A stretch of DNA of 64,000 nt from Schmidtea polychroa (taxonomy: Eukaryota). The notes beneath the pieces were generated by a model, which saw only the letters and a list, made by a program, of their open reading frames with translations, was not told where the DNA came from and searched no databases. Every line of letters starts with the position of its first letter. Position 1 is the stretch's first letter. This document shows, one piece after another, positions 1 through 13,820 of the stretch. The stretch is taken from positions 43,712,001 to 43,776,000 of the forward strand of contig CM097885.1 of NCBI GenBank assembly GCA_044892525.1, read 5' to 3'. Both the position numbers and the translations under genes were made by a program.

Positions 1-909
1 AGTTTGTACGATGAGTAATTTCTCTTGGGCCTGGATCCATCGGTTTGTGAATGAAGATTAATAAACCATTAACGCATGTTTACTAAGGCCGTCAAACAAT
101 TTATATAAATGTGGTGGTCATCAATATAACCCAAATTATGTCGAATCGTCCTACAAAGAATCGAAACAATTGGCCTGCGAATGGTAGTAGGGTAACACGT
201 GGACCCGGGAACAAAGAACTATTACATAATCGATGACATCACCAAGGTCATTACGTCATACCACCAAATATCAGTAACCAAATATCAGTGCCTGAAAGAC
301 ACGGTGGATATTTGTTCGCGTCCACAAGGGTCGTCGGTGCCTTCCCAAGTGGGGTCAGAAAAACCTGGGCATCATAGCTTTCCGTACGGAACATTACGCC
401 TAGCATGTCTGGGTAGTCAACTACCAGCACATTCGAAACGTATTAAAATACATTTCAAAATACATGCGTCATTGGTACTATAACCAAATTAATTAATGTT
501 TTCACTAACAACAACAATATATATTTTCAGAGGCCTCCCACTAGTTGGATTACAACCGCCCACCACGACGATCAGCTTGTAAATACATATTAATTAAGAG
601 ATTTAGTCTGTAATCTATCTCAAAATTATTATCTCCATCGGGCCATTTGATCATGATTTCATGGAATACATCTTGCAAGTTAGACGTATTTCTTTGCTTA
701 GTTTCTGATGCGGCGTCAACTCTCATTGCTAAAATTTGTATTGATTTAAAAGCAATTAACTTACAGATGCTATCTAACATTTTATCGTCACATGCTTGAT
801 AAATGAACTTCTTCCTAAATCCAATAGCCTGCTAGATTATTTGTGGTATACTTTAGTTTTTCAATATCATTTCTTATCAATTCCTACCGTACAACACAGA
901 TACCTAAAC

Positions 910-1020
<111 letters not shown>

Positions 1021-4000
1021 TAATAATAATCTTTCATATTCTTTGAACTTCAGGTATGACGAGTACTTTACAATATCTAATTGCTAAATCATCGGTTTTT
1101 CCCATTTTGCTTGACATCCGTTGAAAGAAAGTTTACATAATTTAAGTCTGATAAGTAAACATTCATGTTGAAGGACATCCACAATCAGCTAATTCATTTA
1201 AGAAATCTCTAAATCTATATAACACATAATTTCCTTTAGTGGTTCACCATTTTGTCTGGTTCATCTTCTTCATAATTCATTTTCTTCATTTACTAAGTAA
1301 AATAATTAAAATATTGTAGTAAATTCTTTATTTATTTACTTGAACAATATGGATACTAAAACGAAAGAAATAAAGTTATATCAGAAGTATATTTAAATAA
1401 TTTAAATTTAGTTATTTAAACATATATAAACAATTGGAGTTAATATTATTATATAGTATAATTTTATATAATATTATAATATTATAATTTTATGTATTCT
1501 AAATTTAATAATACTTCATTTAATTTTTTAAATTCAAAAATTTATAATGAAGATTCTTTGAAATAAAAAATATTCTGTTAGTATTTCCAGGCATAAAACA
1601 ACGAATTCAATAAATAATAATTAAAAACTTAATAATTAAAAATAATTAATAATAGTTAAAAACTTAATTTTCATGTTATATATTTAGGGTTGTGCCCTGA
1701 ATAAACTAGTTAATCGCCATCTAATCGTTTGTTCAGTTATCACCCTGTTCTCAATTTCGCTCATTTTTGTTCAAAACATTTAGGTGAGTTGTTATCTGGA
1801 AAGTTTCAGTTTCTTTTAGCTCAGTTTTGTTAAAAAACTCACGGCCTTTTTGAGGGATGTGACACTGGAAATAAATTAACAATGGGTGGTTATAATACTA
1901 CATCCATACATGTTGCTGGTCTGAGCGGTCGATTTATTTTAGAAATAGGTATATTAAAAACATTTAAGGTATCATTTAGTAAAATAATATAGTATTTTTG
2001 AGTATTTTTTAGTTAATTTATAAATAACAGTATTTTGATGTATCAATAAAGACTATATAGTCTGAGTTTATCCGACAAGATATTCTGTACCCCTAAGGGT
2101 AATGGTCACATTCAACATGTCGCAAGAGTATATTAATCAGTTAGAAATTCTTAGGTAGTTTAGTGAGATGATCAGAAATTCGTGAATATTTTAAATGTAA
2201 CTTACCGAATTTTTATTTCGAGCGACTAATTTATTGGTTAAATTTGCAGTCATTTAAAACAAAAGGTAATTTATTCATCTAATGTTTGTTACAATAGTTA
2301 ATAATATGAGAAAAACATGGTCATTATTCATTGATAATTTTAAATTCTTTATCATTTGGAGTAAATTTGTTTGAGACAAAAATAATTAAAGGAGTCGTTA
2401 CAGATATATGGTTATCATTTAACCAAATAAGGTGCTTATTAGTTAGAAATATATATTATAAAGTAACAATTATTTCTAATTTAATGAGATGATCATTGGG
2501 CGTAGTATATCTTTGCGAGAAATACATAGGTTAAGATGTTTGAATAACGAAAACATGGATATTTTGTGCGATCAATTTATGAATATTAGTTAATTTAGTC
2601 ATATAAAATAATAATAATATAATAAGGTAATTTAGCAAAATATCATTGAAAGATTTGTCCACCCGATAACAATATTCCTTCAATAGATTAACTGATATTC
2701 AACCTATTTAATTTCTAGAAATCTAATTAAAATCATAAATTTCCTTCAATAAAGATCACTTTTCTTTAGTTGTTTTCCAACTCTTTTAAGTCAATATTTC
2801 TCAAGTTTTTTCTCTGATATCCCCACAATGAATAAAATAACTTCTTAAATAAAATAATTTAAAGCAATAACCATTGATATCAATTAAAGTTTTCAAATAT
2901 ATCATTGTCAAAACCAAGTAAATTGATCATTAACCATTAATAAAACAGTGGATAATTAATAAAAACTGGTTATAAAACATAAATTACTGTGCAATAACAT
3001 TCATCACAACCTCTAAAACGATATAATTTCACAGGAACTATTATTAATTCATAGCTGAATATTTCCCTTGAAAATTTGATATTTTACCAATAAGAATATT
3101 TAAATAGAGATTTCAAAACATTAACCGATCCCTCACCAAATATTTCTACCCCTTTAAACACCCCCTTAAAAATCGTATATATTACCATCTTAACCTTCAC
3201 TAAATCCAACCGACTATATCCCTTTATTTCACCCACTTGAGCCCTTTAATATATCTTAAAATCCATAGAAAATTCATCAAAATATGAATTTTATTTAATT
3301 GTTACAAACATTCTTCCATTTAAATAATTTAGTAGCTAAATTCAAAGAGCTCACTAAAAGATCAAAATTCACTAAAATCATTATTTTCTACAAATATTTC
3401 ACCACATTCACCATTAAATACCTAACTAGAGATGAAATATGTTGATTGATCATCGATTTTGCTAATTATAGCCATTATAACATGATATATCTTTCAAACT
3501 AAATCACAAATTTCAGTATATTTTACAATAATTTTCAAGATTTCAAATATATCATCATCGTGATAAAATTAGCTGGTTTCAACTTTAGATTTTCAATATT
3601 TAAAAGTTCATCAATGTTTAAATATTCTTAGAAAATATATGAAAAAATTATTTAGTCAAATTCAATATCATTACAAAGTCATCATCAAAATTTATCCTAT
3701 CACTTGATTATTGTAAAAAACTCTAATTATTAACCTCATTAAAAATTAATTTTTATTTAAAATTTAAAAACAATTCAATAAAATATAACAAATTATCAAG
3801 AGATTATTTAAATTTAAAAACAATTCAATAAAATATAGCAAATTATCAAGAAATTATTTAAATTTGTCTTAGAATTAACACTAAAACCTTAAAAATTTAA
3901 ATATTATTTCAATTATTCACAAAAAGTGTTAGTAATAATGTTAGTAAAATCCCGCTAACATCAATTCTACCATGAATTATATTAAATTTCATTTTCCAAA

Positions 4001-4081
4001 TATTTAATTTTTTATTTAATCTAAGTTTTTTTTTAACAAAAACGTTAACAAAAAACCAACCATGGAAAATCACCACATTGG

Positions 4082-4154
<73 letters not shown>

Positions 4155-4699
4155 TTAAATGGTTATTTGTACAATTTCCAGAATTGTATAGGCCAAATCA
4201 ATGTCATTTAGATAAAATGTAAATAACAATTATATTTTACATATGCTTAACTATCATTTTGTACTTTTTGTGCCCCAGGCCAATAAAACAGTCAAAATAT
4301 ATTATATAAATGGATATAGTTAAAAACTTTAAAATTAAATATGAAATTTAACGTTAAAAAATTATTTTGAATTTAGCGACTTGAAAATATGCCAACAAAA
4401 CAGAAAACACATTTAAACAAGATTCTTGTTGAGGTTATTATTTTTTAATATTTTATATGAAAATATTCTATACGAAAATTTCTTTTATTTAAACATCTGT
4501 AATTGTTACTAAACAATAAATAATCTAAAGCGTTCAAATTCAATAAATTACTGTGACTGTTTATAGTATAAACTTTATACTAAAGTGATATATTTGTAAG
4601 AGTCATCAAGGATGATTTATTGTGTATATGAACCAGAAATACTTCCAGTATTACGACGTGTCAAATATTATCCATAGCAATCCATAGCAAAGAAACAAC

Positions 4700-4974
4700 C
4701 GCGTAAGTGGATTCCTAGAGTACTTAAAACAAAAAACAAAACGTTTGAGTGTCAATCAAATGATGCAGAGCCTTCCATGATAACAATTTTGAGGAACAGC
4801 AATAATAAGCCCATTGATCTCTTCAAATTATGCTTTACTGAAGATATAATGAGTCACATATATAAGGAGTCAGTCAAATATGCTGTCCAGAAAGGTGAGC
4901 CAACATTTACTTTATCAGTTGAAGATATCTTCAAATATTTTGGATTCCTTCTTTTGTCAGGATATAAAAATTAA
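4700..4974 (+). pseudogene. piggyBac-type transposase fragment
   Basis: PIDLFKLCFTEDIMSHIYKESVKYAVQK...TLSVEDIFKYFGFLLLSGY matches the N-terminal part of the piggyBac/PGBD DDE domain. The fragment is truncated. Confidence 0.75.
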
Positions 4975-6048
4975 AAATTGAAAATAGATTAGTAATTTTC
5001 TTTTCTGTTGAAAAACCATATAGTTGTGATCAATAAAGCATGACTTATCTCAAAAAGTTTAAAGCAAAAGACTAATTAATTCAAATCTTGTTGCCGACAT
5101 TAATCATTTTAATAACAAAACAAAATTCCTGAGCTTGACAGGCATAGTTTAGGCTTGTCACGAGGCTGTAGAATAATTGTATTTTATTTTATTTATTTTA
5201 GGTAAAGATTTAAGAAAATAGCGATATGGATAGATTAATGTCGGTTTAGCAAGGCAAAGTTTGACTCATTTTTCATTCCTGGTCAAAGACAAACAGTATT
5301 ATAATTGTTCAAAAGTTTTTAGAGGATTTTGTTTTGTGGTTATAATTGATCAGTTTCGTATCGTCGAAAGATTGAATTTTTGTAATTAACATATTGAAAA
5401 CAAAACTTATTATGTTTGGTTTTGTTTTTTTTTAATTTAAAGAACACGCGGAGTTAGATTAAAATTTGTTTTCTGTCGAATTTATTCAATAACCCTCCAC
5501 AATCTGGTTTTGACTTTCTTGATTATATATACAGATTATATGCAATCAAGAAACTTCAAGATTTACAAAGAAAGTTAACTAAAAACGATTTTTAAAACAA
5601 ATTTACAAAAAATAATAATTTTGTCATTTACCATAAAAAATAATTAAACATTTTTTACAAACTTTCAACAAAGTCTATTTAAAGTTTTTTTTAATTAATT
5701 TCTTTTTTAATTTTATTAAAACAATATTTCATTTGACGCAAAAAACCACAGATGGAAAATCACCACATATAAATATGCATCTAAACCCTTAAAAAAAACT
5801 ACCCTGTCACAATATATTTTTAAAATTTCATATATTTTCTAGAGTAAAAGAGGATGGTCGGGGAAATTTTTACTTGGAAAAAATCCAAGAAAAAGAGTAA
5901 TTTTTTGTATTTGCTCTTTTTAGTTTAAACTTAATATAAAGTCATCACATTATTCGGATCTCTTATATAGGCTCATGCGTGGAAAACGGGTAAGATTACT
6001 TTTAATGAATGAATTAATAAATTTTATTTTTCCTGTTACAGATATGTA

Positions 6049-6170
<122 letters not shown>

Positions 6171-6275
6171 CAAATATTTTTATTCACACACAATTTACAC
6201 ACAGAGTACTATAAATATTATGTAAATATTATGTAAAAAAAATTACTTGTGTAGAAATAAAAAAAAGCACCAAAT

Positions 6276-6484
<209 letters not shown>

Positions 6485-7177
6485 CCAGTCTAGTTTGGTT
6501 AATTTTAACACACTTCATTCATCCTACTTTCATTATCCCAACTCCATCAAATCCAAATTTAGCAACTCTTATATTTCAAATATTTTCATAGTGATTGCAT
6601 TTGCCATTCTATCATTAAATGCTTGCGTTTTTTCAAAAAACATTATTTATAAATAAACCTGTTTAAGATGTATCACAACTTACATAGGAAAAACCCATAA
6701 AAAACAAAACCAGTAATTGTCACGAACATTGGGGAAAAGCGCATTATATGTCACCAGCCATTGATGAAACAAAATGCCAAATGTTACATGATAAATTTGA
6801 ATAAACCATAAAAACTGGTTTTCGAATCGTTGTCTTACAAAAAATGTAACATTTCAGATTGCATAAAACCAGAATTCATCGGTTTTTTTCGTTCAACTTT
6901 CTTATTTTAAATTAAAATATAATAATTATTCAAAACAGAATTAACTGTGCTCTTATTTCTCAATGACACCGAATACTGTGCTCCAATGTTTTAGTGATAT
7001 GGGGGGGCGCAAAATTTATACCTTGTACCAGGTGTCAAATACTGTCGCTACGCTTCTGCCTCCCTTCGGCATTAGGAAAACAAGAAATATAAAATTGAAC
7101 ATACAAAATCAATATTTTTCATTTTAATAAAAAACAAATATCAAATTTAAAAATTTAAAAACTACCTATTAACTATA

Positions 7178-7344
7178 ATATATATTTATTAAAAAGCTTG
7201 AAACTATGAATCAGTAAATATATCGATGTTTTTGATATTCACGAAATTCATTTGAAAAAGGCAATGCCGAAAATTCATGAATATCAAAAACATCGATATA
7301 TTTACTGATTCATAGTCTTCAAGCTTTTTAATAAATGTATATAT
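7178..7344. repeat. Long inverted repeat (about 65-bp arms) with a degenerate hammerhead-like motif in the loop
   Basis: 7178-7241 is the near-perfect reverse complement of 7278-7344. The loop region reads tcat-ttgaaaa-a-ggcaatgcc-gaaa-att-c-atga. Confidence 0.8.
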
Positions 7345-7940
7345 TTGACCTTTTTTTTAAATTCAATAATTTTTATAAGTATTTTTGTAAGACTATTTTG
7401 TAAGGTACACACTATTTCGATAAGAAAAGAGTTTTGATAAAAACCTTATAATCATAAAAATATTTTATTATTTTTTTCGTTTCAGATTGAACCTAATTCC
7501 GCCCTCTGGGTAGTCTATAATACTTAACTAAACAAAACTATATGATTGAAAACTTTTCAGCATCCTGAAAAAACAAAAATGATCATAAAGGTTGTAGCTC
7601 AAAGTAAAGTGATTTTTGAGTTAATATTTGTTATAGCAAACGTCAAAAAGACAGCGGCATATTATTCAGAAGGTAAGAAGTTATTATTCACAAAAAGGAA
7701 TTCAAACACAAAATACATATCTAATATTTTAGCATTTTACAATTCATCGCATCAAGGTTTGAGGGGAATTTTTTAAGGAAATAAATTCGATAAATATCGT
7801 TCGAATTAAGGCTCCCAATCCCGGGATTGACTTCCTCTGTTGAAACAATTAATGTAGAGTAAAAAACACAAGTTTCTTTTAAAATCATAAAATTAATTTT
7901 TTTAATTTAATTTTAAGATAACACCAATCAAACATTCTTT

Positions 7941-7981
7941 CCACGATATATTTCGACAGTTTTCCTGTCATTATCAGGTGG
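7941..7981 (-). ncRNA. Minimal type I hammerhead ribozyme (core variant CUGAUAA)
   Basis: Minus strand reads CCAC-CUGAUAA-U-GACAG-gaaaa-CUGUC-GAAA-UAUA-UC-GUGG. Confidence 0.75.
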
Positions 7982-9101
7982 GATATAATAACTATGTAAT
8001 TTATTAGTTTTATAAAAACTTTTTTATTTAATAAAAATATTTAATTATTTTTAAAATTTAAAATTAAATTAATATATTAATTTTTTAAAATTTTAAACAT
8101 TCAAAATTTAATTTAATAATTTAAAAATTTTTTATTAATTATTTAATTTAACACAACAATCAATACATACAATATACAGGAAAAAAAATTATTTAAAAAC
8201 ATTTAAAATACAAGTATTCACTGCATTCTGCACATTAATTTTTGGATTCAATGACTTTATCATCAACGCCTCACAAATCACACGTTCCCAATAATTAATA
8301 TGAGACTGTTAACAAATTTATTAAAAATCCTAAGGATCCATGTTTGAGAAATTCTGGGTGTGATGTTGTTCAGGTGTGTGAGTCTGATGAATCAAATAAA
8401 CTAAATAGTGTGAGCAAAGATGATGAGCCTAAACTTGTGTTAGTATTGCCGTACTCAGAAGGTTTTTAGGATTATAAAGTGAAAATAAGAAAGCAGTTAG
8501 GAAATTTAAACTATAGGATAGTGTCAACTTCATGGGAAGTACGCAATATGTTTATTAATAAGTCAAAAACTCCATTGAATTGTGTTTCGATCTCGTTTAT
8601 CAGTTTACATGTAATGGGTGTAATGCCACATACATTGCCATCATCTCTGTATTCGAGCTCAAAAACATTGTAGACCGAAGGCTTTGACCCATATTAGTGA
8701 GCACAATAAGGGCTGTAAGATTAAAATAGGTATGTCTGATTTTAAAATTTTATTAAAAAATTTCGATAATTATTGGGAACGTGTGATTTGTGAGGCGTTG
8801 TTGATAAAGTCATTGAATCCAAAAATTAATGTGCAGAATGCAGTGAATACTTGTATTTTAAATGTTTTTAAATAATTTTTTTCCCCTGTATATTGTATGT
8901 ATTGATTGTTGCGTTAAATTAAATAATTAATAAAAAATTTTTAAATTATTAAATTAAATTTTGAATGTTTAAAATTTTTAAAAATAATATATTAATTTAA
9001 TTTTAAATTTTAAAAATAATTAAATATTTTTATTAAATAGAAAAGTTTTTATAAAATTAATAAATTTGTTTAAAATCCATAAATTACATAGTTATTATAT
9101 C

Positions 9102-9141
9102 TCACCTGATGATGACAGGAAAACTGTCAAAATATATCATG
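9102..9141 (+). ncRNA. Minimal hammerhead ribozyme copy (GAAA mutated to AAAA)
   Basis: Reads TCAC-CTGATGA-T-GACAG-gaaaa-CTGTC-AAAA-TATA-TC-ATG. Confidence 0.7.
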
Positions 9142-10289
9142 TATGTTTAATTATTAATTTAATTTATTTGTAAGATATGTATATCGTTTTTAATCATTTA
9201 TATATTATAAAAATTATACCTATAAAATGAATTCAATGCGGCTTGAAAATTAACAAATACTGTTTAAAAATTGATAACGTTTTTTTTGTTATTCAAAGTG
9301 GCATCTGAGTAAGGAAAGCTCGTCCAGAATTTTGTCATCCAAAGAACTTTGTAATTTATTAAACCTTGAAAAAGAAAAGGATATTTCTGACTCGATGCTG
9401 GTTGGCTTTATTGTCTTTTAATTATCTATAAACCCTCTTCAAATAATCCTTCATTTTCAAATAGAGTCAACTATCTTTTGAAGTTTTGAAGCCAATGACA
9501 TCGAGGTGGTATTAGTTTACGTGCCATGCCATAATTTATTGATTTATTAATTTCTTTTGCTGTAGTTAACAGTTGCATAGAAGTAATGTCAGCAACTTCC
9601 TTCTACTGAGAAACTTCTGGGAATTTGTCAAGTTCAGAAACTATTGTAGGCAATTCAATTATGTAACTTGCATTCAATCTTTCATGAAAGTCTACAATTT
9701 ATTTACGGTGTTTAGTTGATTTGAGTAGATAGTTAGGTAGTTAGCCCACTGGAGCAGTGCCCCCCTAAAAAGTTTCTTTCAAAAAAGTGCTCCAGAAGGC
9801 AAACAGCTATCATACATGACGTCATATTTTTCTGACTATAGTTTATTTATAAAATATACAAAATTAAATTGTTGAAATTAATAAAAATTAAATAAATCAA
9901 TTAATTAAATCAATTAAATTAAAAATAAATAATTGCACACACTCATGCATACATGCAAAAGCAATTAAAATTTTACTGCATTCTGATTGGATCTAGTTGC
10001 AATGAATGCATGGATACAGTCGAAATCAGTATAAATACTGATTGCAAATTCAGTTGAACAACTGGTTTTCAGACAGTGTAAACATTTTGTCGCACCCTCT
10101 CAGTTTTCGGTTTATGTCATCGTGGAATATTTGAATTGGATTTGGTAATTTTATGTAATGTTTTAAGGTAATAAATCTTTGTATTTAATTTAGTTCTAGT
10201 TATTTTTTTGGTTCTTTTTAATATATAACTTCTCGCTTTTAATTTTTATGTTTATTAATTATGAACAATAGTCACAGTGGAGTGGAAAT

Positions 10290-10960
10290 TCAGCATACCA
10301 TAGTTAAGGTACCTCCGGGATGCTCAGACTTGTGGGTATGCTGGCTTTTTCAACCACTCAGTTGATTTTGGGCAGTAATGTGGAGGCTTCTCCACGGGTC
10401 CGTTGCTGTAAGAGTTTTAGTTAAACATAGGTTAGAATTAGAAATGCATGCAGATTCCTGGTCAAATATTTTGAAGAATAATTTTAATATTGTGGGAAGT
10501 ATGAAACAACAATTATTAACTTGGAAATAAGAGCCGATTCCTGATAAAAATATTTGAATCATAAGTTAAATATTCATAAATATTACGGCAGACACATAGT
10601 AACATTTATTAACAGACAAATAAGGGCGGATCCCTGCGCAAAGATTTTGAAGATAACATTAGAAAACATCCAGAAATGACTACCATAACGAAATGTATTC
10701 ATGACAATAATCTAATAACAGGATCGATAATGAACAATGACGTAAGACTTTTATCGGCAGTCCAGAACCCGAAAATGAATATATCATGAGGATTAGTTTT
10801 AGCAATGGAGTTCACCTGCTCATGGATTTTCAGCCATTGTGTACAGCAGTAACATGGTCATCGCCATGGGTACACAGATGGTATAAGTACAATAATCATG
10901 AAGGCGTTTAGGAAGGAGCCGAGTCCAAATCCATCAGTACCCCCTAACACGTTTAAGAAA
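10290..10960 (-). pseudogene. Possible highly decayed non-LTR reverse transcriptase fragment
   Basis: Minus-strand remnants GGTDGFG (cf. SPGPDG) and AQGSAL (cf. PQGSxLSP), with many stops. Confidence 0.35.
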
Positions 10961-11651
10961 TGATACGCCATTAAGCGCCAACACTAAAAATATTAATATC
11001 AAAATAATTGCTTAAATTTAAAATGTAGTTACTATAGCAGTCAAACCAAAATATTCATGGCTTACTTTTATGTTTATAATTTTATGTTTATAGAATGTTT
11101 TAAAAGAAAATTAAAAATTTTATAACAATTTTATTGATTAATATTTTATTTTATATTTATCACAAAAATTTGGTATTTAAAATATACTTTTTAAAATATA
11201 AAATAAATTTTGATTTTTTGAAAATATTTATTATTTTTATAATAGAGAAAAGAACTTTTGCGAAAATTGGTTGAGGTTATTCCATATTTTATAAATCAAA
11301 AAAAATTATTGTGATACAAATTTTAGAATGAAGACATTACTGTTGTGGTTGTTTTTATAATTTTTTAATAAATACCAACTAATTAATAATATATTCTCAA
11401 ATAGCCACACATTAGAAAAAAGGTTTGTATGTTATTTTTGGTGTTATATTATATAAATATATTAATATAGAAACAGTAAACCTCTTATGGTTAATTAATA
11501 GACATTTTAGATTAGTTGACTAGGTAGTAATGTTGCATCATGTGTAAATCACACGATGTACGTACAGAGATTTATTAGTGACATTCAGTCAGAACATCCG
11601 GATTTCATTTAAATTCTTCGACATCGCTGAATTAATGTAAATACCATATAA

Positions 11652-12107
11652 CATGGGTATTCAACTAAATATTATGAAGGGCCAAATTTTTCTTGTAACG
11701 GCAATCGAGGGCCGTATCAATTAAAAAGTAGTTAGTTTTGTAGCGGATTACAAAGTAACAAAAATAAACTGGTTTTAGTGATTGTTATTCTATTACCAAG
11801 TATTATAATGTTTACCATTTATTTTTATATTATTATATGTATTTTCCTGGCCATTTTAAATTAATAACTTTATTGCCATTTTTTCTTTTAATTTTTCTGG
11901 TGTTAGACGCATTTTCCAAGAAATTTAAATGATCACAGCCACTTAAACACATATTAATTTTATTAAATATTAAGTAAACCCCGTTTCCTATTCAAACTTA
12001 CAAACTTTTATGCAGATATCACCAAATATTTTTATATATGTGTAATATTCCAAGATATTGAAAGGGCTTTTTTCAAATTTCGGCGGGCCGCCAGTTGAAT
12101 ATCCCTG
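11652..12107. mobile_element. hAT (Buster-type) MITE
   Basis: TIRs CATGGGTATTCAACT / AGTTGAATATCCCTG; perfect 8-bp TSD CCATATAA (nnnTAnnn); subterminal GGGCC motifs. Confidence 0.85.
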
Positions 12108-12534
12108 CCATATAACATTAATATATAAATAAGATGTACTATTAAATTAAAATCTTATTTATATATTAATTTATAAAATGATGATTGCTTGGTAGCAGCA
12201 TTTATTATTTAAAACAATAAAATGATAATTTAAGCCTTTTGCTGCAAATAATGTATTTAATGAAAGAATTTTCGACTATACGATAGTCCTTGTCAATCTC
12301 CTGGAATTTAGCAATGTTCTTCCCCAAAACACCCTTCAATCTTTCTTTTATTTCCTTTCTCTTAAGAGAATTTCAAAATTTTTAAAAATTAAATTAAATA
12401 ATATAATTATAACAAAAATAAATATTTAAATAAGCAATATATTTTGCAAGAAAATTTCATGCTTCATTCCACAAACATTATATTATTTTAAATTACATTT
12501 ATATTATTATTATATTTACTTTTAAATTGGTAAT

Positions 12535-12979
12535 CAGGCCAGCCGAGAGGGGGGAGTAGGGGTACAAATGCCCAGTGCCCGGGTTCGATTTGTTATGTAT
12601 TTAAATATAATATTACTGACACTTAAGTTGACTTAACAACAATCAGTTTACAGTTCAAGCATCTCAATTTCATCAGAATTAATTGAACGAACATCAATAA
12701 GTAGTTAGATCAACATCAGTATCAATATTCAAAAATAAACTAAATAAAGTTTTGAGTTTTTTAATGCTGGAATTATAAAATGTTATATTTACTAACCATG
12801 ATTGCTGAAACTGAAATTATGCGTATCATTTGTGTACTATAAAACACACCTACGGGCCACTGGACACTAAGTCAAATAAAACATAATCTACACTATTTTA
12901 TGCGTTCTACGATTAACAATTGTTTAGGGATCCATTAAATGCTGTGCCTAGGCACCCGCAATTGCTGTCGGCTGCCCTG
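12535..12979. mobile_element. hAT-type MITE
   Basis: TIRs CAGGCCAGCCGAGAG / CTGTCGGCTGCCCTG; 8-bp TSD TTGGTAAT / TTGCTAAT (1 mismatch). Confidence 0.75.
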
Positions 12980-13140
12980 TTGCTAATATATTATTTACAA
13001 TTATTTATTATTTACATATAATTCTTATTTTTAATGCAAAATTAATTAATATATAATTTATTAAATTAGTTAATTAATTTAATTTCTTATAACAATCGCT
13101 AAATAATGGCTTTGATTTAAATCTAACGAAAACCACTAAA

Positions 13141-13190
<50 letters not shown>

Positions 13191-13294
13191 TTTGGTGCTT
13201 TTTTTTATTTCTATACAAGTAATTTTTTTTACATAATATTTACATAATATTTATAGTACTCTGTGTGTAAATTGTGTGTGAATAAAAATATTTG

Positions 13295-13349
<55 letters not shown>

Positions 13350-13356
13350 TATATAT

Positions 13357-13779
13357 TACTACAATATATTTCGACAGAATCACTGTCATCTTCAGGTAGA
13401 ATTGAAAATCAAACTAAATCAATATAAATTGCTCTTTTTTTTTATTAATTTTTTAAAAATTAATTTCACTAAAAATTTACAAAATTCCACAAAATTGAGT
13501 TTATTATATATTAATCAATTGCTTCAATCGATAGTGATTTTGTGGAAAATTTATTAAAGTTTGATTTCAACTTTTGTGAGTTTTAAAAGTTTTAAAACTT
13601 TTTATAATTTTTAAAGTTTGAATTGAAAAAAACAGAATTATGTAAATTTTTAGCGAAATTAATTTTAAAAAAATTAATGAATTAGTTAATTAGTTTGCTT
13701 AAAAAAGAGCAATTTATATTGATTTAATTTGATTTTCAATTCTACCTGAAGATGACAGTGATTCTGTATATATTGTAGT

Positions 13780-13780
<1 letters not shown>
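13357..13780. mobile_element. Penelope-type pLTR remnant: two inverted hammerhead-bearing arms embedded in TA repeats
   Basis: About 13357-13480 is inverted relative to about 13640-13780, and both arms carry the hammerhead motif. Confidence 0.7.
13359..13399 (-). ncRNA. Minimal type I hammerhead ribozyme with intact core
   Basis: Minus strand reads CUAC-CUGAAGA-U-GACAG-ugauu-CUGUC-GAAA-UAUA-UU-GUAG, with full CUGANGA and GAAA cores and paired stems I and II. Confidence 0.85.

Positions 13781-13820
<40 letters not shown>

Larger units (their letters stand above)
7941..9141 (+). mobile_element. 5'-truncated Penelope-like retroelement with inverted pseudo-LTR
   Basis: GIY-YIG endonuclease remnants at about 8430-8875 (LVLPYSEG, VYQFTCNGCNATYI, EALLIKSLNPKINVQ). 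7941-8296 is an inverted copy of about 8766-9141, and both arms end in hammerhead motifs. Confidence 0.85.

Noticed and set aside
1..860. GC-richer stretch with short ORFs
   Set aside because: Probably TE debris, but no motif could be assigned.
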